A program made the position numbers and the translations under genes. This document shows positions 37,251 through 51,537 of a stretch of DNA of 64,000 nucleotides, piece after piece (position 1 is the stretch's first letter; each line of letters starts with the position of its first letter). The DNA lies in assembly GCA_015680685.1 (NCBI GenBank), contig MNCI01001360.1:140240-204239 (forward strand), given 5' to 3'. The notes beneath the pieces were generated by a model. It made no database searches, had not been told where the DNA came from, and was given only the letters and a program-made list of their open reading frames with translations. This stretch comes from Gnetum montanum. Taxonomy: Eukaryota > Plantae > Gnetophyta.

Positions 37251-39383
37251 GTAATATTCCTTACTAATATTAATGTTCCACTATCATGGGGTCTGTTGGA
37301 CCATATATATGGGAAAAATCTTGTTTTTTGGTCATATCTAATATTTTTTGTAGAAAAAATGTTTCAAGTAAAGGACATAAATGAAAATCAATTGAAAAAA
37401 AGTGACAACATAACTAAACAATAATTATCAACATAAATCAAAATGGTAATTAGACTACAGTGTAAAAAATAAAATTGGTTGCAATGTGAAATAAATAAGT
37501 AATAGGTCACAACCTAAAATAAATAATTAAGTAGGGACATTAGCCATAGGTTAAAACTAAAAATACACTATAACAGAAAAATAGGCTACAATGCAAAATA
37601 AGAAATAAACTATAGCATGAGTGTGCAAATTGATCACGTAAAAGTAGTAATGTGATGTAGAGACTATTAGGCTTCAAAGGTGCAACATAATTAAGGATTA
37701 CACTCAATTTCAAAGAGACATAAAGATAGCAATTTTAGTAATGTTAATAAAAAGATGTTCACACTAGGCTATAGATACAGGCAAGATCTAGGAAATGGTA
37801 GTATTGTGAATATGCTAAGTTTATGAAAATAAGATGCTAAACCCCACTTCTAGAATCAAAAACTATAGTTATGGGAAAAACTAGGTGTTAGGAGCCAAAA
37901 ATCATTCAACAAAATGTTAACCCTTTGATCTATAGGCCTAAAAGATTCAAGGCACCTTTGGCATTCTTGCTGATCACCAAAGGACTTAAAGATCTATTAT
38001 CAACTCAACATAAACAATGCAGAATGGATAGTAGATCTAACAGAGATTAAATTGCTAGATGTGTGAACAAATAAAACCTTAATAAAGAAGAAAAAAAAAG
38101 GAAAATATCCAAGAACACTACAAACTTATATTTATTCGAATACAAGAGTTCATAAAATACAGATCTATGTTTATAGAGGTTTTAGTATTACCGATCTACA
38201 TCCAGGCCTTATAGTAGAGGCCTCAAAAGTCTCTAATATACACTCAAGATTTGTAATAGAGGCTTCAAAACTCTTCATGAAATTATTGTTGGATAAATAT
38301 GAGAAGGTGGGATGTGCTTTACTACAATTGTAATGGTGTCTTGCTATGTCCATTCTTTATGTTAAATGATCTCTTTGGAATTATCACAAGTTCTAAGTGC
38401 AAAACGATTTCAAGTATCAAAAGATTTTCTATGATCCCAAAGGTCCCAAAATATGGCCTTGATTTGTGCTTTTATAAGTTTCTAACTTGTTGTTTCATGT
38501 TGACTTTCATATTGCAAGTTTCCTAGTATCATTCCCAACATTTTTGAAACTTATCCTAGTTGACATGATACAACATTTTTTACAATTTATGCTAGCCAAC
38601 CCATAGCATATTTCATGTTTTATGTTGGCTAGCATGATCTATAGCATATTTCATAATTTTGCATGATGCACAACGTAAATTCATTTTACATTGACTAGCA
38701 TAATTTCCAAGGTAATTTTGATTTACGCTGGCCAGCATAATTTGCAACATATTTTATGATTTATGCTATTAATTACACTTTACATCACAAGTTGGGCCAA
38801 AAATAATTTGGCATGAGGATGACTTNTTATGAATTACACTTTACATCACAAGTTGGGCCAAAAATAATTTGGCATGAGGATGACTTGGAGTTATGATGAA
38901 ATAGGATTACATGGTAGATTTCTAAAAGGGATTCAAGTCATTTCTTTTACTCTTGAATCCAATCAATGTTACATCAAGAGTTACATGAAAAGAGCCCAAG
39001 GTTTCCTTTTTGGCTTAACTTAGTTATCAAGCTTCCCTATTTACAATCAAATTTCTTTGAAATGTTTCATGGCTTCTCTATAACATTAATAATTCTTTCT
39101 TCTTCATGTTTTAAAATTCTATGATTTTGAAAATCATATCTTCCAACCTTCATTTAAACCTATGTAGCAATTCAAACTTGGATTCTTTGTAAAAGATCAC
39201 AAAACCATCCATGTTGTGATTTCTACAATAGGCTAATTTGTATGACTTGAAAGAAGAACTTTCACAAGAACCTTTTTTCTTATAAGTACCTCTATATCCC
39301 ATCTTTCCAAGTCTAGCTAGAATTAGTATAGGAATTCTCATGGTAAGACTTCTTATAAGCACAAGAAATCAACATCAAAATGT

Positions 39384-41644
39384 TGTAACTCTACTAAGAT
39401 CCATGAGTATTGATACTCATGCTAGTCTAAGGTCCATGATGGACATAATGAATGTTGTTTCTCACTAGCTAAGGACTTTGAAAGCAAGTTGTATGTTGTA
39501 ACTTTCATCCTTGTTCCTAAATTTTATCTTAGGTTGTTGTTCTTCATGGATATCATACACTTTGCCATAACAAGATCATGATTCTCCATGATGTTACTAC
39601 TATATGATTTGGTTATAAGATGAACTAGTATACATCTTCATGATTATTCTAGTTCAACTAATTCTTCAATTAATTTTGGATTGATAACTACTAGCTATAT
39701 TACCTAGACTCTTAACAACCTTCCTACCCCTTTAAGATACTAACTCTAATAGTGTAACTAATAACACATTAGGATTTAGTGATCTAAGACTATCTATCAA
39801 CATAGACTAATCACCTAATCTTAAGGTTAAAGATGCCCCAAGATGTTAGATCTTTTAGTCTTAACAATTAAATTATTAGGCATGGTTAGTCATTATAATT
39901 TATGGCTTCCTAAGGCACAATTTAGGATATCACCCAATTATCAAGTACCTAGATGATGAATCTGACCTTAACATTGAGTTTAGAAGGTTGAAAAATATTA
40001 TAAATGACTATTTATATGTTATAAATAAACATCGTATGCTCAAGTTATGCTAAAATAAAGCCTCTAAGGATCTTGACATACCATATTGGACGAGTAAAAA
40101 CTAATTTTTGGAGCTATGCAGTGTAGATTTGACTATCATTACATTCAGAAGATTGAAATCTAATGGAAATGACTCTATATTTACTAAGAAAGGCTTCCAA
40201 AATCAAAAGTTATGGCTATCAAAGTCCAAAACATTGGGCATGAAAAATGAGACTTCCTAAGCAATCATTCATTATAGTACTACTCCAAGAAGAGTGCACT
40301 TAATTATGAAATTTTTATTTTGATTGTTGCCAACTTGTCAAATTTTTTTAAAAAATTTTCTTCATGTTCACATATTTAAATTTTGAACTTGGATTTTAAA
40401 TTTTTTTGAAATTTTCATTAATTGATAGAAAATTTTCAAGTTTTCCATCAACTAACAAAAAACTTTTCCATTACTAAAAGGAAGGATTCTCTAGCATCAT
40501 TAGTGTTCATCAACATTCAAGAAAGATAGGATTTTTTAGCACTGATGGTGTCCACTAGCTATTAAGAACGATAGGATTTGTTAGCACCGTCAGTGCTTGT
40601 TGATTGCTGGGGAAGGCAAAACTTTTTAACAATGATTATGTCATTAGTTATTAAAGAAGGTAGGATTTTTCAATGCCAATGCTGCCTGTGGTCATTACAG
40701 ACTACTAAAATACAAATAGATTTGATAGTTGTGGGAACAATGATGAAGGTAAGTGTGACAACAACAATGGTGGCAAATATGGCAACTAAAATGGTGAAAA
40801 TAGTGATGAGTAGTGGTATGGTAGGATCATATGCTAGGATTGAGAGGAAGGCTACAACAACAATGGTATCTCTCATTTTTGGTGACCTACCATTGTTGGG
40901 TGGTACCCTACCACTCTTGGGCAGCAGCTTGCCACATGGTAGCCCAACTTCTCATGCCATGGTAGGCCAAACCATACTGGTGACAACCAGCCCATAGCTA
41001 GGCCTGTGCTAGTGATGCAATGGTTGGCTAGCCATTGTGGCTAGTAACAACATAGCTTGCCCAACCAAGGTAGGGTAAAAATTTAATTTAATTTTTTAAA
41101 AATTAATTAAAAGATTTAAATATAATAAAGTATATTAATTTATAATCCAAAGGTTGGCTCTAATGGTTCACTAGACAAAGCTTAAGATGTATGGGTTGAT
41201 AAATAGAAGGTCTTGGGTTTGATTCCTAGTTTTAACATTTTGACATTCAGTTTCTTTTTTTACCTTTTTATTATTATTTTAGTCTTTCCTACCCCAAAGG
41301 TCAATGTGATGATTTAGCAAATGATAGTGTATGAGTTCAGTTAACTAAGGGAAGATTCTAGGTTAGATTATTAATCCTAAAATTTTTTAAAAAAATTAAT
41401 AATTTAAGAATTAATTAATTATGATTTTTTATAAGCATGCATAATGAGAAATTTTAAACAATGATATCTCGCAAACTATAAGTCTAATTATAAGGAAATT
41501 TGTACCATTGGAATCATCCCAAAGATTATTATGGGTTGGGCATGATTTTAGGTTCCAAAAACTCAGTTGAATTTTCAAGATTTGAAATGATCAAAATAGT
41601 CTACTTTGCCTAATTAACATTACTAAGTTGATGTATGGGTGACA
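39384..41644 (-). mobile_element. LTR-like repeat with 5S-derived segment (copy 2, inverted)
   Basis: Inverted homology to 29785-31617. TGTAAC at 39384. Right boundary approximate. Confidence 0.55.
40251..40315 (-). promoter_or_regulatory. Decayed 5S rRNA-derived promoter fragment
   Basis: Minus strand reads ATTAAGTGCACTCTTCTTGGAGTAGTACTATAATGAATGATTGCTTAGGAAGTC. Confidence 0.65.
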
Positions 41645-41994
41645 TGTGGACTTCTAGATGACTTCTATTTGATTATAATTATTATATTGACTATTAAATG
41701 AAAATGTAACACCTATACCTTACAATTTAACAAGCATGATATAAACCTATCCTCTTGTCTATATGCTAGCGAGGTATTAAGAAGAGGATTAGCAAAGTAA
41801 CATATCACAACATTACCCATTAACTACTAGTTTCCCTATAAATCTCATGGTAATAACCTTTATTAATTAGGTAGATATGAAACAAACTTATGGCTAATTT
41901 AACCTTTCTTAAACTCTCCAACACATAAGTCTTAGGTAGTAATAAGTAATGGCTAGTTATAGGCATAAGGTATTTAGGAATAGTAAGTTCCAAA

Positions 41995-44900
41995 TAAGAC
42001 ATCTTATAGATGATATAGACATCTTCATAGAGCTATAAGCTTGTACAAGAGATGTCTAGCTTGTATAGTAGACATCTATACTATAGAAAAGATGTCTTGT
42101 CTTGGAAGGAGATGTCTATTTTGGTAGGGCCAAAAATAAGGATGCTTATTTTAATGTCTAAAAGGTTTGGGCATCTTCAAACATGTCCCCATTAATCTTA
42201 AAACCTCCTAAACTCATCAAAATAGCTCCAAAGTACTCCAAACATGCCAAAACACGTAAAACATAGAGAGATACTACAAACAAACATGAAACACTCATAG
42301 ACAACAAGAAACACACAAAACAATTCCATTGAAGATGACACATTGGTTGGGTGATGTTCTCATCATCTCTCCCATCGTTAAAATTGAAACTTATTTTTAA
42401 GTTGGCTATACACTTGGGATAGCATTAAGCCCTCATAAAGCCAAGTCTTTCTCATGAATACAAATTTCATTTTTAGGTCTCTCATCATTACCATGCATTA
42501 AGCACCCATAAATCTTTTGCCTCTTTGTACTTCTAGCTTCTTTTTTTTGTAGCACAATTGGTTTTCTTAATGGCTTGTATGACCTTTGGTCTTTAAGTAC
42601 ATCTTTGAGGATCTCAAGATTATTCTCCAATTCATATGTAAGCACTTTGCCATGGAAATGACTCAAATCTAAAACATTGAACACATAAGAAAATGGAAAA
42701 TGATTAGAATGATCTAGCTCATAAGCACTATCATTCACTTTGACCTTGATCTAAAATCGACCAATATTCTTGGACTTGAGCTTGGAAAATTTTATATTTT
42801 CATCCTTTCCTTGTCCAAATGGAGCCATACATAATCACTAATATTGAATATCACCTTCTTCTTTTTCTCAACTTCATGGTAGCAACAATTTATTTTATCT
42901 TGCCTTCAAGTTTTATCTTCACTTGCTTATGTAAGTCTTGCATGATTTTTAGAAAATTTAAACTAACAATGAAACAATCATTAAATTTCCTTAAATCAAT
43001 TTCCATCCTAGAAGCATAACCATAGTTTACTTGAAATGAAATTTTCCCAATGCTATAATGATAGGAATCCTTATAACTAAACTCAACATGTGACAAATGA
43101 TTTTCACATCTAGTGGGCTAATCCTCATAAAGACATATTAAAATTTTGAACAATGATTTATTTACAACTTCAATTTGGGCATCAGTTAGTAGATGATAGA
43201 CATAAGAAAAGGATAGTTTTATACCCAACAATTTCCATAATGACCTCCAAAAATGACTTGTAAATTTAGCATCTCTATCACTTACACTATTCAATAGAAG
43301 ACCAATTAATCCTACAAAATTTTGGAAATACAAGTAAGCAATATGAGATGCATCATTGCTTATCTTACAAGGAATGCAAGAAATCTATCAACAATAGCAA
43401 GAATAGAATAATGACCAAATTGTATCTTAGGAATCCCACAAATAAAATCTATAGAGATACTTTCCCATGGAGCATTAGGAATTGGTCAAGGCAAATAATT
43501 TCTAGTAATAGTATTATCTTTCTTAATTTTTTGGAAAATAAGACACTCTTTAACAAATTCATTTATATCATTTTTCATACTTGGCCAATAGTAGCTCTTC
43601 CCCACAAGCTCATAGGTCTTCGTCTTACCCATGTTTCCAACCATATTATAATTATGCTTTTCATTCAAAATTCTTGACCTAAAATCATTGTTTAACACAT
43701 CTACCTTAGCATTCTTGAAGAGGATGCCTTGTTGTAGATGATAGTCTCTTCACCTCTCTACTCTACCAATCAATGGAGTATTATGATCTTTCCAAACCTC
43801 TTCAAAATTAGCATCTTGAGATTACAAATAAGTTAAGATGTTAAGTCCTACACAAGCAAATGAATGAGTCACAATATGAATTCTTGAAAGAGCATCAACC
43901 ACTATATTACTTTTTCCACTTTTATGTTTTAGCATAAAGTGGAATTCTTAGAGCTACCACCCATTACATATGCTTACCACTTAACTTCTTTTGTAAATTT
44001 AAGAATTACAATGCCTTGTTATTAGTTAATAACAAAAATTTACTTCCCAAAAAATAATTTCTTCAATGTTTTATGACTTGAAGTATAGCATAAAACTCTT
44101 TTTCATATACCTTAATTCATTTAATTTTTCAAAGAAAAATACAATGGACTTACCTTCTTAGGATGGCATCCCTCTAATTGAAAGTCCACCTACATCTACC
44201 TGCCCTTCAAATCTTGGAAAAATTTGAAATAGTCAATACTATAACACCATAAATTTTTCCTTTCAAAGCTTAGAATGATTTTTCCTTTTCTCCATTCCAT
44301 ATAAAAGCTAAATTCGATCATGCAATAGAATTAAAAGTTCACATAAACCTTTTATAAAAATCATCCAAACTAAGAAAAGATCCTACATCCCCCACATCTT
44401 TCAATAAAGGCCTCTCCTTGATTGCATTAATCTTTCTTGACTTCATTTTGACTTGGTTTTTGAAAATAACATGACCTAAGTGGACAATTTTCTTCTTCAT
44501 AAAATGACATTTCTTGGCATTGATCACCAATTTAGCCTTATATAACTTTAAGCACATCAATCTCAAGTATTTCACACGTTCCTCCTCATTAGAATTGTAG
44601 ACAAGAATATCATCAAAGAAACTAATGTAGCATTTCCCAATAAGATCCCTCAAAACTTTATGCATAAACCTCATGAATGTTGCTAAAGCATTGGTTAGTC
44701 CAAAAGGCATGACTAACCATTCATATGAACCATCTAGTTGTGGATCATTGAACTTAGAAAGGGAGGGGGGGATGAGTAAGTTCTCCAAATTAAAAATTAA
44801 ATAAACAAAACATAGACATTGAATTTAACATGGTTCCCCAACTTGGGTAGTCCACACTTGGAGGGTAGATCGCAAGCACACCTCCAAATTTTGTTGCTCT

Positions 44901-47900
44901 TAAAATGTGGTTGAAGGGTCCACACCCTATATAGTCTTCAAGCCTCGCTCTAGGGTGTTATATCATAAAACTAATCACTCAACCCTGCAAGGTCCCATCA
45001 AGCTTGGAAATGTATTTTCAAGGCTTACACAGCTTTTACAATCTTGAGCTCCACACTAAAGTGTTGTACTGCAACACCAACAACTCAATTGTGCAAGATT
45101 CGAACAAGGTCAAGCACATCAACCTCGCAAGGTAATAAGAGAACAACAATTACAAGGATTAATTGCAAATCAATTTCTTGATCCTTGTACGTTTAGGTAC
45201 ACCACACTTTACAATGCCTTACAATACCAAAATGATAATACAATTAGAAGCAACAAAGAATTCAATGATCACAAATGATTGTACAATAATTACACAACAA
45301 GCTTGCACATTTTCCAAAGTCTTCTTATAGCTATCATGTTTCTAAATCCATCTTGGAGCTTGTGCAACAACTAACCAATGGTCATGGGAGGCATCTTCTT
45401 CATGCCTAATACATCTCTCTAAATCTACCTTCAGTTCTAGAAAGACACCTTTCTTTCATTAAATACTTCTTTCTAAAGTCTCCATTCTAGAACTTGGTCT
45501 ACATTCTATAAAGATGTATTTTCTTGGTGAAAGAAATCTCTACTTGATAAAAGACATCTATTATTTCTTGAAGACGTCTTTGCCTAAAACCACTCCAATT
45601 CTACCAAGATGTCTTTGTTTCTCATATACATCTTTCTTCAACTTTCTTCATCCTTAGAATTCATCATTCCTTGTCCACAACCATGAGCTTCCACATGCTT
45701 TAATGTTAACAAATTTTCTTGTATAGTATTTAGTCCTTGCCCACATTCTTTGGAAGTTCTTTTGAAGATCATGTGGATGACCTCCTCCTTGTCCTCTATG
45801 TAGGCTTTAGCTCATCTTAGTTTCCTATGTACATAGTCCTATAAACACAATACCCATACAACCATGCAAAAAACCATTAACTCCATTTTACTAAACATTT
45901 TGACACATACCAAAACACACTAAAAGGTCCACACTAGTGTCTTAAAGGTTCTTTTCTATTCATCTCCCTAAATAATATGAATTTGATAATACCTACTCTT
46001 AAAATAAATCTTGAAGAAAATTTCAACATTGACATGTACATTAAGAATGTCATCCATTCTAGGGACAAGAAACTTATAATTGATAGTGATCTTATTAATG
46101 ACCCTAAAATCTATGCACATTCTCATCTCATCTGTATCTTTCTTTAGAATAAGTATAGTTAGAATGACATAAGGAGAAATGGATTGCTTAATTCACTTGC
46201 TTGTTCAACTCCTCCCTCTAATTTTGAGTCATGCATAAAGCTCTTTCATTTAGGATGGTAGCTCTAGGAATAAAATTAATTTGATTTTGAATGGAACTTC
46301 TTAGAAAAGGTCCTTCTAATTTTTCCTTGAAAACATTCACAAATTTCAGTGCTAAGGTTTTTACTACTAGAAAAAGTTCATTTGAAGTCTTCTCTTCATT
46401 TGCTTCAAGTGTTAAGATGATGACAAAACCATGTCTAGCTTCTTTATATAGTTGTAGATATTCTTACTTACTTAGTAATATTGATGTAACATTTGTAGGG
46501 AAATTTTCCTTGTACTACTAACAAGTCATAGGGATTAAATTATGTATCTCATCTTCTCTTAATACTAACTAAATATTTCTTGCACCATCAAAAGAAGTCT
46601 TTTTTTCAAAATTCCAAAGTCTTCCCAAAATGACATCAGCACAATCAATTAGAAGAATTTCATAATGTACTTTATCTTTAAAGAAACCAATCTTGAAAGA
46701 CAAAATACACCTTACCTTCACTTCTTCAAAATTATCTTTTGAAAGTTAATGAACTCTATAGAGCCTAAGGTATGGAAATGTTTTCAAGCTAAGCTTATCA
46801 ATAACCTTAGAAGATCATATTTTCTTGGGCATCATCATAAATCAAAATGTGTACCAATTTTCCACTATCAAGATACCTATCCTCGATCCTAAAGAGAATA
46901 TTCTTAATAGGATCTTCATTAATATTTATATTTTCCATGAAAGTGCAAGAATTAATTTTAGTTACATCTTCTCCCATAGGAGCATGATGATTACCTTCAT
47001 TTGAGGAATCCTCCTTCTCCAAGGTTTGGAGTTCTTTGCTCTTGGAAATCTTTGTCTTTTTTTTATTTCCATTTCTTATGTCCCATCTTACCACAATTGA
47101 AGCATTAAGGTTTGAAAGCATAGTTATTCCCTTGATCCTTCCCTTTCTTAATGTAGTCTTTCTTGGAATCTTGGCCCTTCTTAGACTTCTATTTCTTCTC
47201 ATTTGTATCTTCTTTGATATTTTCCTTTTCCTTGGCTCCCTTCTCACTCTTAGAAGCTTTGGATTCCTTGCCCTTAAAAGATTTGGGATCTCTATTAAAG
47301 CATTGAAGTTTTGTCTCAGCTTTAAGATTCAATTCAAAAGTTTTATCTAATGTTTGGATCTCATAGAATGTTAGCTCATGTTGGTGTTCCCTTGTTAATC
47401 CTCCTTAGAAATTAAATGCTTGCTCAAACTTATCCTAATGAAACTTTTCTTTCTTGAAAGCTTTGCAAAAATCCATGTAAAAGTCTTTAACACTCTTATA
47501 AACTTACCTTAGATATTTCACTTTTTGAAGTACTTCTTATCTATGATGGGTCTTCTCAAATTTTTATTTAAGCATGAACTGCACGAGGGACTAATCTTTG
47601 ATAGGAACTCCATCACATACAAGGTAAGCATGGCTCTCTTTCTTCCACTAAATATATATCATAACCTTAATTTTGGTCTCATCATAAGAAACTTTTTGAT
47701 GATCTTCTACGTCTTCAAGTTTAAAGTACTTGTTTAAGATCTTTAGCCAAGAAAGAAAAGATTTAGTTGCCTTCATCCCATTGAAAGTCTTCACTTCCAC
47801 ATGAAAAATTCTAGAGGCATGCCTAGAAGCCTTTGTAAGAGTAATATTCATTTCCTCCTTAGGAGTTTCTTGAGGCCTAGAAGTAGATTCATTGTTCCTT

Positions 47901-49428
47901 CCTCATGGAAATATGAACGTATGTGATCTTGATCCAACAATTAACGAATGAGGGTTTTCATCATATTCATGATCTTCCCCAAATTCTTCATTCCTAAAAG
48001 AAAAATCATCTTCAAGCTTTGGCATGGATGATTACCTATTTGGAAGCCCTTGATGAAGAAAATTCTAAGTTGACATCTTGTCTAGATGTCCATGGTATCA
48101 GAGGTTGATCTTTATTTTCTTCAAGGTTTTCCATTCGGTCCATGAGAATCTTGAGTGCATCCCTCAAGTATTGACTAATTTTTTCTTGAGTGTCACAATC
48201 AAATGGATCTAAAAGACAAATTGCATAAATACCCACAAGAAATTACAAAAGGGTTAAGAGTACCCATAACCAAAATTGGAGTACCCAATTAGATTCAACA
48301 AGAGATATGAAAATTCAAAACAAGATTCATATAATTCTCACAAAACCTAGCCGAACAAGCTTAATAGGTATCCTAAACAATAATACTTTCTAATACTCAA
48401 TTTAATTAATGATCCAAAATGACCAAAAGAAGGCTAATCAAATAAATTTGGGGATGAGTGAATTCTTTTGAGTTAATGCAAAGGATTCCTCTCCTTGAGT
48501 TAGTTATCTTCAATCCTTTGCTCTAATACCATTAGGGTGAGGACCTTACTTTAATAACCCAAAATTAAAACGAAACACTTTAAACTTGCACAAACATTTG
48601 GAAACAAGAAGGAAATAATTATTTATTGTTTCTAAAAATAAAAGAAAAATATAAAATGTTGGAAGCAAATGCCTAGGATAGGCAAGTGCTCAAAATCTAA
48701 AATAACTCACTCACACACAAAATGGCTATGGTGCCTTATAATAATGGATGCTCAAATGAAGCTCAACATCACTCTCTCCTTACTTCTCTCCCTCTTGACC
48801 AAATGAATGCCCAAGACATCAATTTATACTTTTTCTTCATGATCTTTCCCCACCTTGACATTCAAAATTAAAATTTTAAGTTTATTGGAATGAATCTATA
48901 CAATAGCATCCCATGGTTGGATAAGATGTCTTTGAGGAAGAGGAGACATCCAACCAAAGAGCAATCAATTCACAAAGGATACATCTTATATTTGGTGTAG
49001 ACATCTTGGATTTAGAGAAGATGTCTTGTAGGCGGTGCAGACATTTTAGGTCTAAAGAAGACATCTTACAGGTGGTGTAGACATCTTCCTAGATTTGTAG
49101 GCTTGTACAGGAGACGTCTAGCTTATATGGTAGATGTCTATTCTCTAAATAAGATGTCATGTCTTGGGATGAGACATCTATTCTAGGAAGGCCAAAAATA
49201 AGGATGCTTATTTTGAGATCTCGAGTGTCTAGACTCCTTCAAACAAGTTCCCATTGATCTTGAAACCCTCTAAACTCATCAAAATAGCCCCGAAACACCT
49301 CCAAACATGCCAGAACACTCAAAAACATAGAGAGATACTACAGAAAAACATGAAAAAATTATAAACAATAAGAAACGCACCAAAAAATTTCATTGAGGAT
49401 GATACATGAGCTAGGTGTGTCCTCATTA
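41995..49428 (-). mobile_element. Decayed CRM-type chromovirus (Ty3/gypsy): 5' LTR ~48535-49428, PBS 48520-48531, gag, PR, RT, RH, INT, PPT 42366-42375, truncated 3' LTR ~41995-42365
   Basis: PBS TGGTATTAGAGC (tRNA-Met type). PPT GGGAGAGA|TGATGAG. Knuckle CFNCGKMGH. RT YEWLVMPFGLTNA and FFDD. INT VSDRDAKFTSHFW. LTR homology 41995-42365 vs 49060-49428. Confidence 0.82.
44739..45933 (-). mobile_element. Solo LTR (probably Ty1/copia SIRE-like) inserted in the CRM RT
   Basis: TGTGGA...TCCACA termini. Perfect 5-bp TSD CTAGT (44734-44738 and 45934-45938). Removal restores RT TFKTLDGSYEWLVMPFG. G-run AGGGGGGGATGAGTAAG near one end. Confidence 0.88.
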
Positions 49429-51537
49429 GAATCATGACTAAGACAATGAGTGGTGTTTCACTCATGGTATCATAGACCATGGGTGATAGTTAGATCATTA
49501 TGAGATCATTGTCCAAGATCATGGATTGTGGTCAAGTTATGGTATGCTCTAGAGCCAAGGAAAAGCATCATAGGTCATGAAGCACTTATGGAATGAAGAC
49601 CATGAGTTGTGGTGTGGTCATTGTTAGCTTGATCATGGGTTGTAATCAGGTCATGGCTATTAAAAAGTTGATAACCTTATACCTTTATCCTCCTCTACAA
49701 TTTTGATAGGATTACAAGTCCTGGTTGACTCGTGTTGTAATACCATGACTTGTGGTGAACTCATGGTAAATAGAAATAATGGCCTTTTTCTTCTCTACAA
49801 CACCATGACTCATGATAAGATTGCGGTATATCTTTGAAAATATCACAAGTCATAATCAAGTCATGATGAAGTAGTGACTTTAAATTTGACCTCAAAATAA
49901 TGTAGAAACAAAACACCAACTATGCTACATATGCAAAGGATGAATTAGATGACTTGGCAATAGTAATGGAAGTCCAAAATGGTTGAGCTTGGAAGCATAT
50001 GCATCACTCAAAGAGCTTAAATGAATTTTTAGGAGAATTTTATTTTTTGATCTTTAATGGATTCCTAGTTGGCTAAGAAATCCATCCTTTAACTTGGACT
50101 CCTTCAAAGACCTACAAACATAAGGAATCCACAAGATGTAACAATGGATAATGATCTCCAAGCAAAATCTTCTTCTTCTTTCTTCTCTTGAATGATAATG
50201 AAGATGATATGAAATTGGAACAAGGTTGAAACTGATAAAAGTAATGAGATATTGAAATGAAATTGAAATAAATGAAATAACTAAATAAGATAATTGAGAC
50301 AATGATATGGAGTCAAATTCTTCTCTTCTTCTATTACTTAAGCTTTAACCTTACATTAATAAAGTTTGAGAAGAGCTCATACATGAAATACATAGAAAAG
50401 TGAGGAGATTCTTAGAAGCATACTCAACTCTAAGCATGACTCCAAATGATATATGTAATCACTAACTAAATTACAAGGAGAGGAGACATGGTTTAAACTC
50501 ATGAGGTCCAACACAAGGGGAATGATCACATGAGGCCTTAAATGATTCCAATGGTGAGCTAAATGATATGTAACATCGGAGAATCCACATTTGATTTTAA
50601 TTTAACTTCTCCTTCCCTCTCACTCTTGAAATACAAAATTGTATCATGTGATGCATTACATGAAGACATGGAGAAATTAACCAACATACTACATGACTTA
50701 ATAATAACATGGAAAATAAATCTAACTCCTACAATAACATTAACATAAGGGGAGCACACATTAGGCTACAAGTATTTTCACAATTCTTAAGCAAAGTTGC
50801 AAACACTTAATGCCTTGATATTCTCTAAGAAGAAAAAACTAGAATAAGTAAATCCATAAGGACATGGGACAAGTTTAAGGAAGTATTGATTGAGAACTTC
50901 CATCTAGACACTTCTATTAATAAAGCCTAGGTAAAGTTGAAACAAATCGAGCACAATAAAAAGCTCAATGACTATCTTTTCGTATAAATTTTGAATGTCA
51001 ATAAAGTAGGTAAATATAGGCTCTTTATAAATAGCCTCAAATCTTAGGTTCAATAAGAGTTCAAAACCTTAAAAATCACCAAGTATAGGGAGGCAATGTA
51101 AGTTGTAGGTAGTTTGATGGATTTTAAGACAAGGAAGAAAACTAAGAGTGGGGTGGAACAACAACATAAGAGTAAGAAGGAGAATAACAAGCTTTGAAAA
51201 GAAGATGAAGAGAAATTTTATAGACTTTGAGAGCCTACATGCCACCCCTACACTAGGTACTTAATCCTCTTACTTGGAGTAGGAGAAACATTTAGCTCCT
51301 TAAGAGTAGAATGAGTTTTGGGATAAAATGCCACATTTTTTAGGACTTCCTTAATATGCTTTGAAGTGTACAAGTATAATATGCTATGCCTACGCTAGAA
51401 ACCACTAGATTGAAGAATGTCCTAAGAGTCTTTAGGTAAAGATGGTGAAAGAATTCAAGGAGAAAACTATAGATTGAATGTTGGAAGAGGTTAGGAGGAG
51501 AATCATAGATTAAATGTAATGAGCCTAATGCTTTATT

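Noticed and set aside
38772-38886. Exact ~55-bp direct duplication
   Set aside because: Straddles a single N at 38827, so most likely a contig-overlap artefact.
49430-51500. TCATGA/CCATGA-rich and LTR-like sequence (also 31620-34300, 37250-39380)
   Set aside because: Probably further decayed LTR/UTR fragments, but boundaries and family could not be supported by eye.
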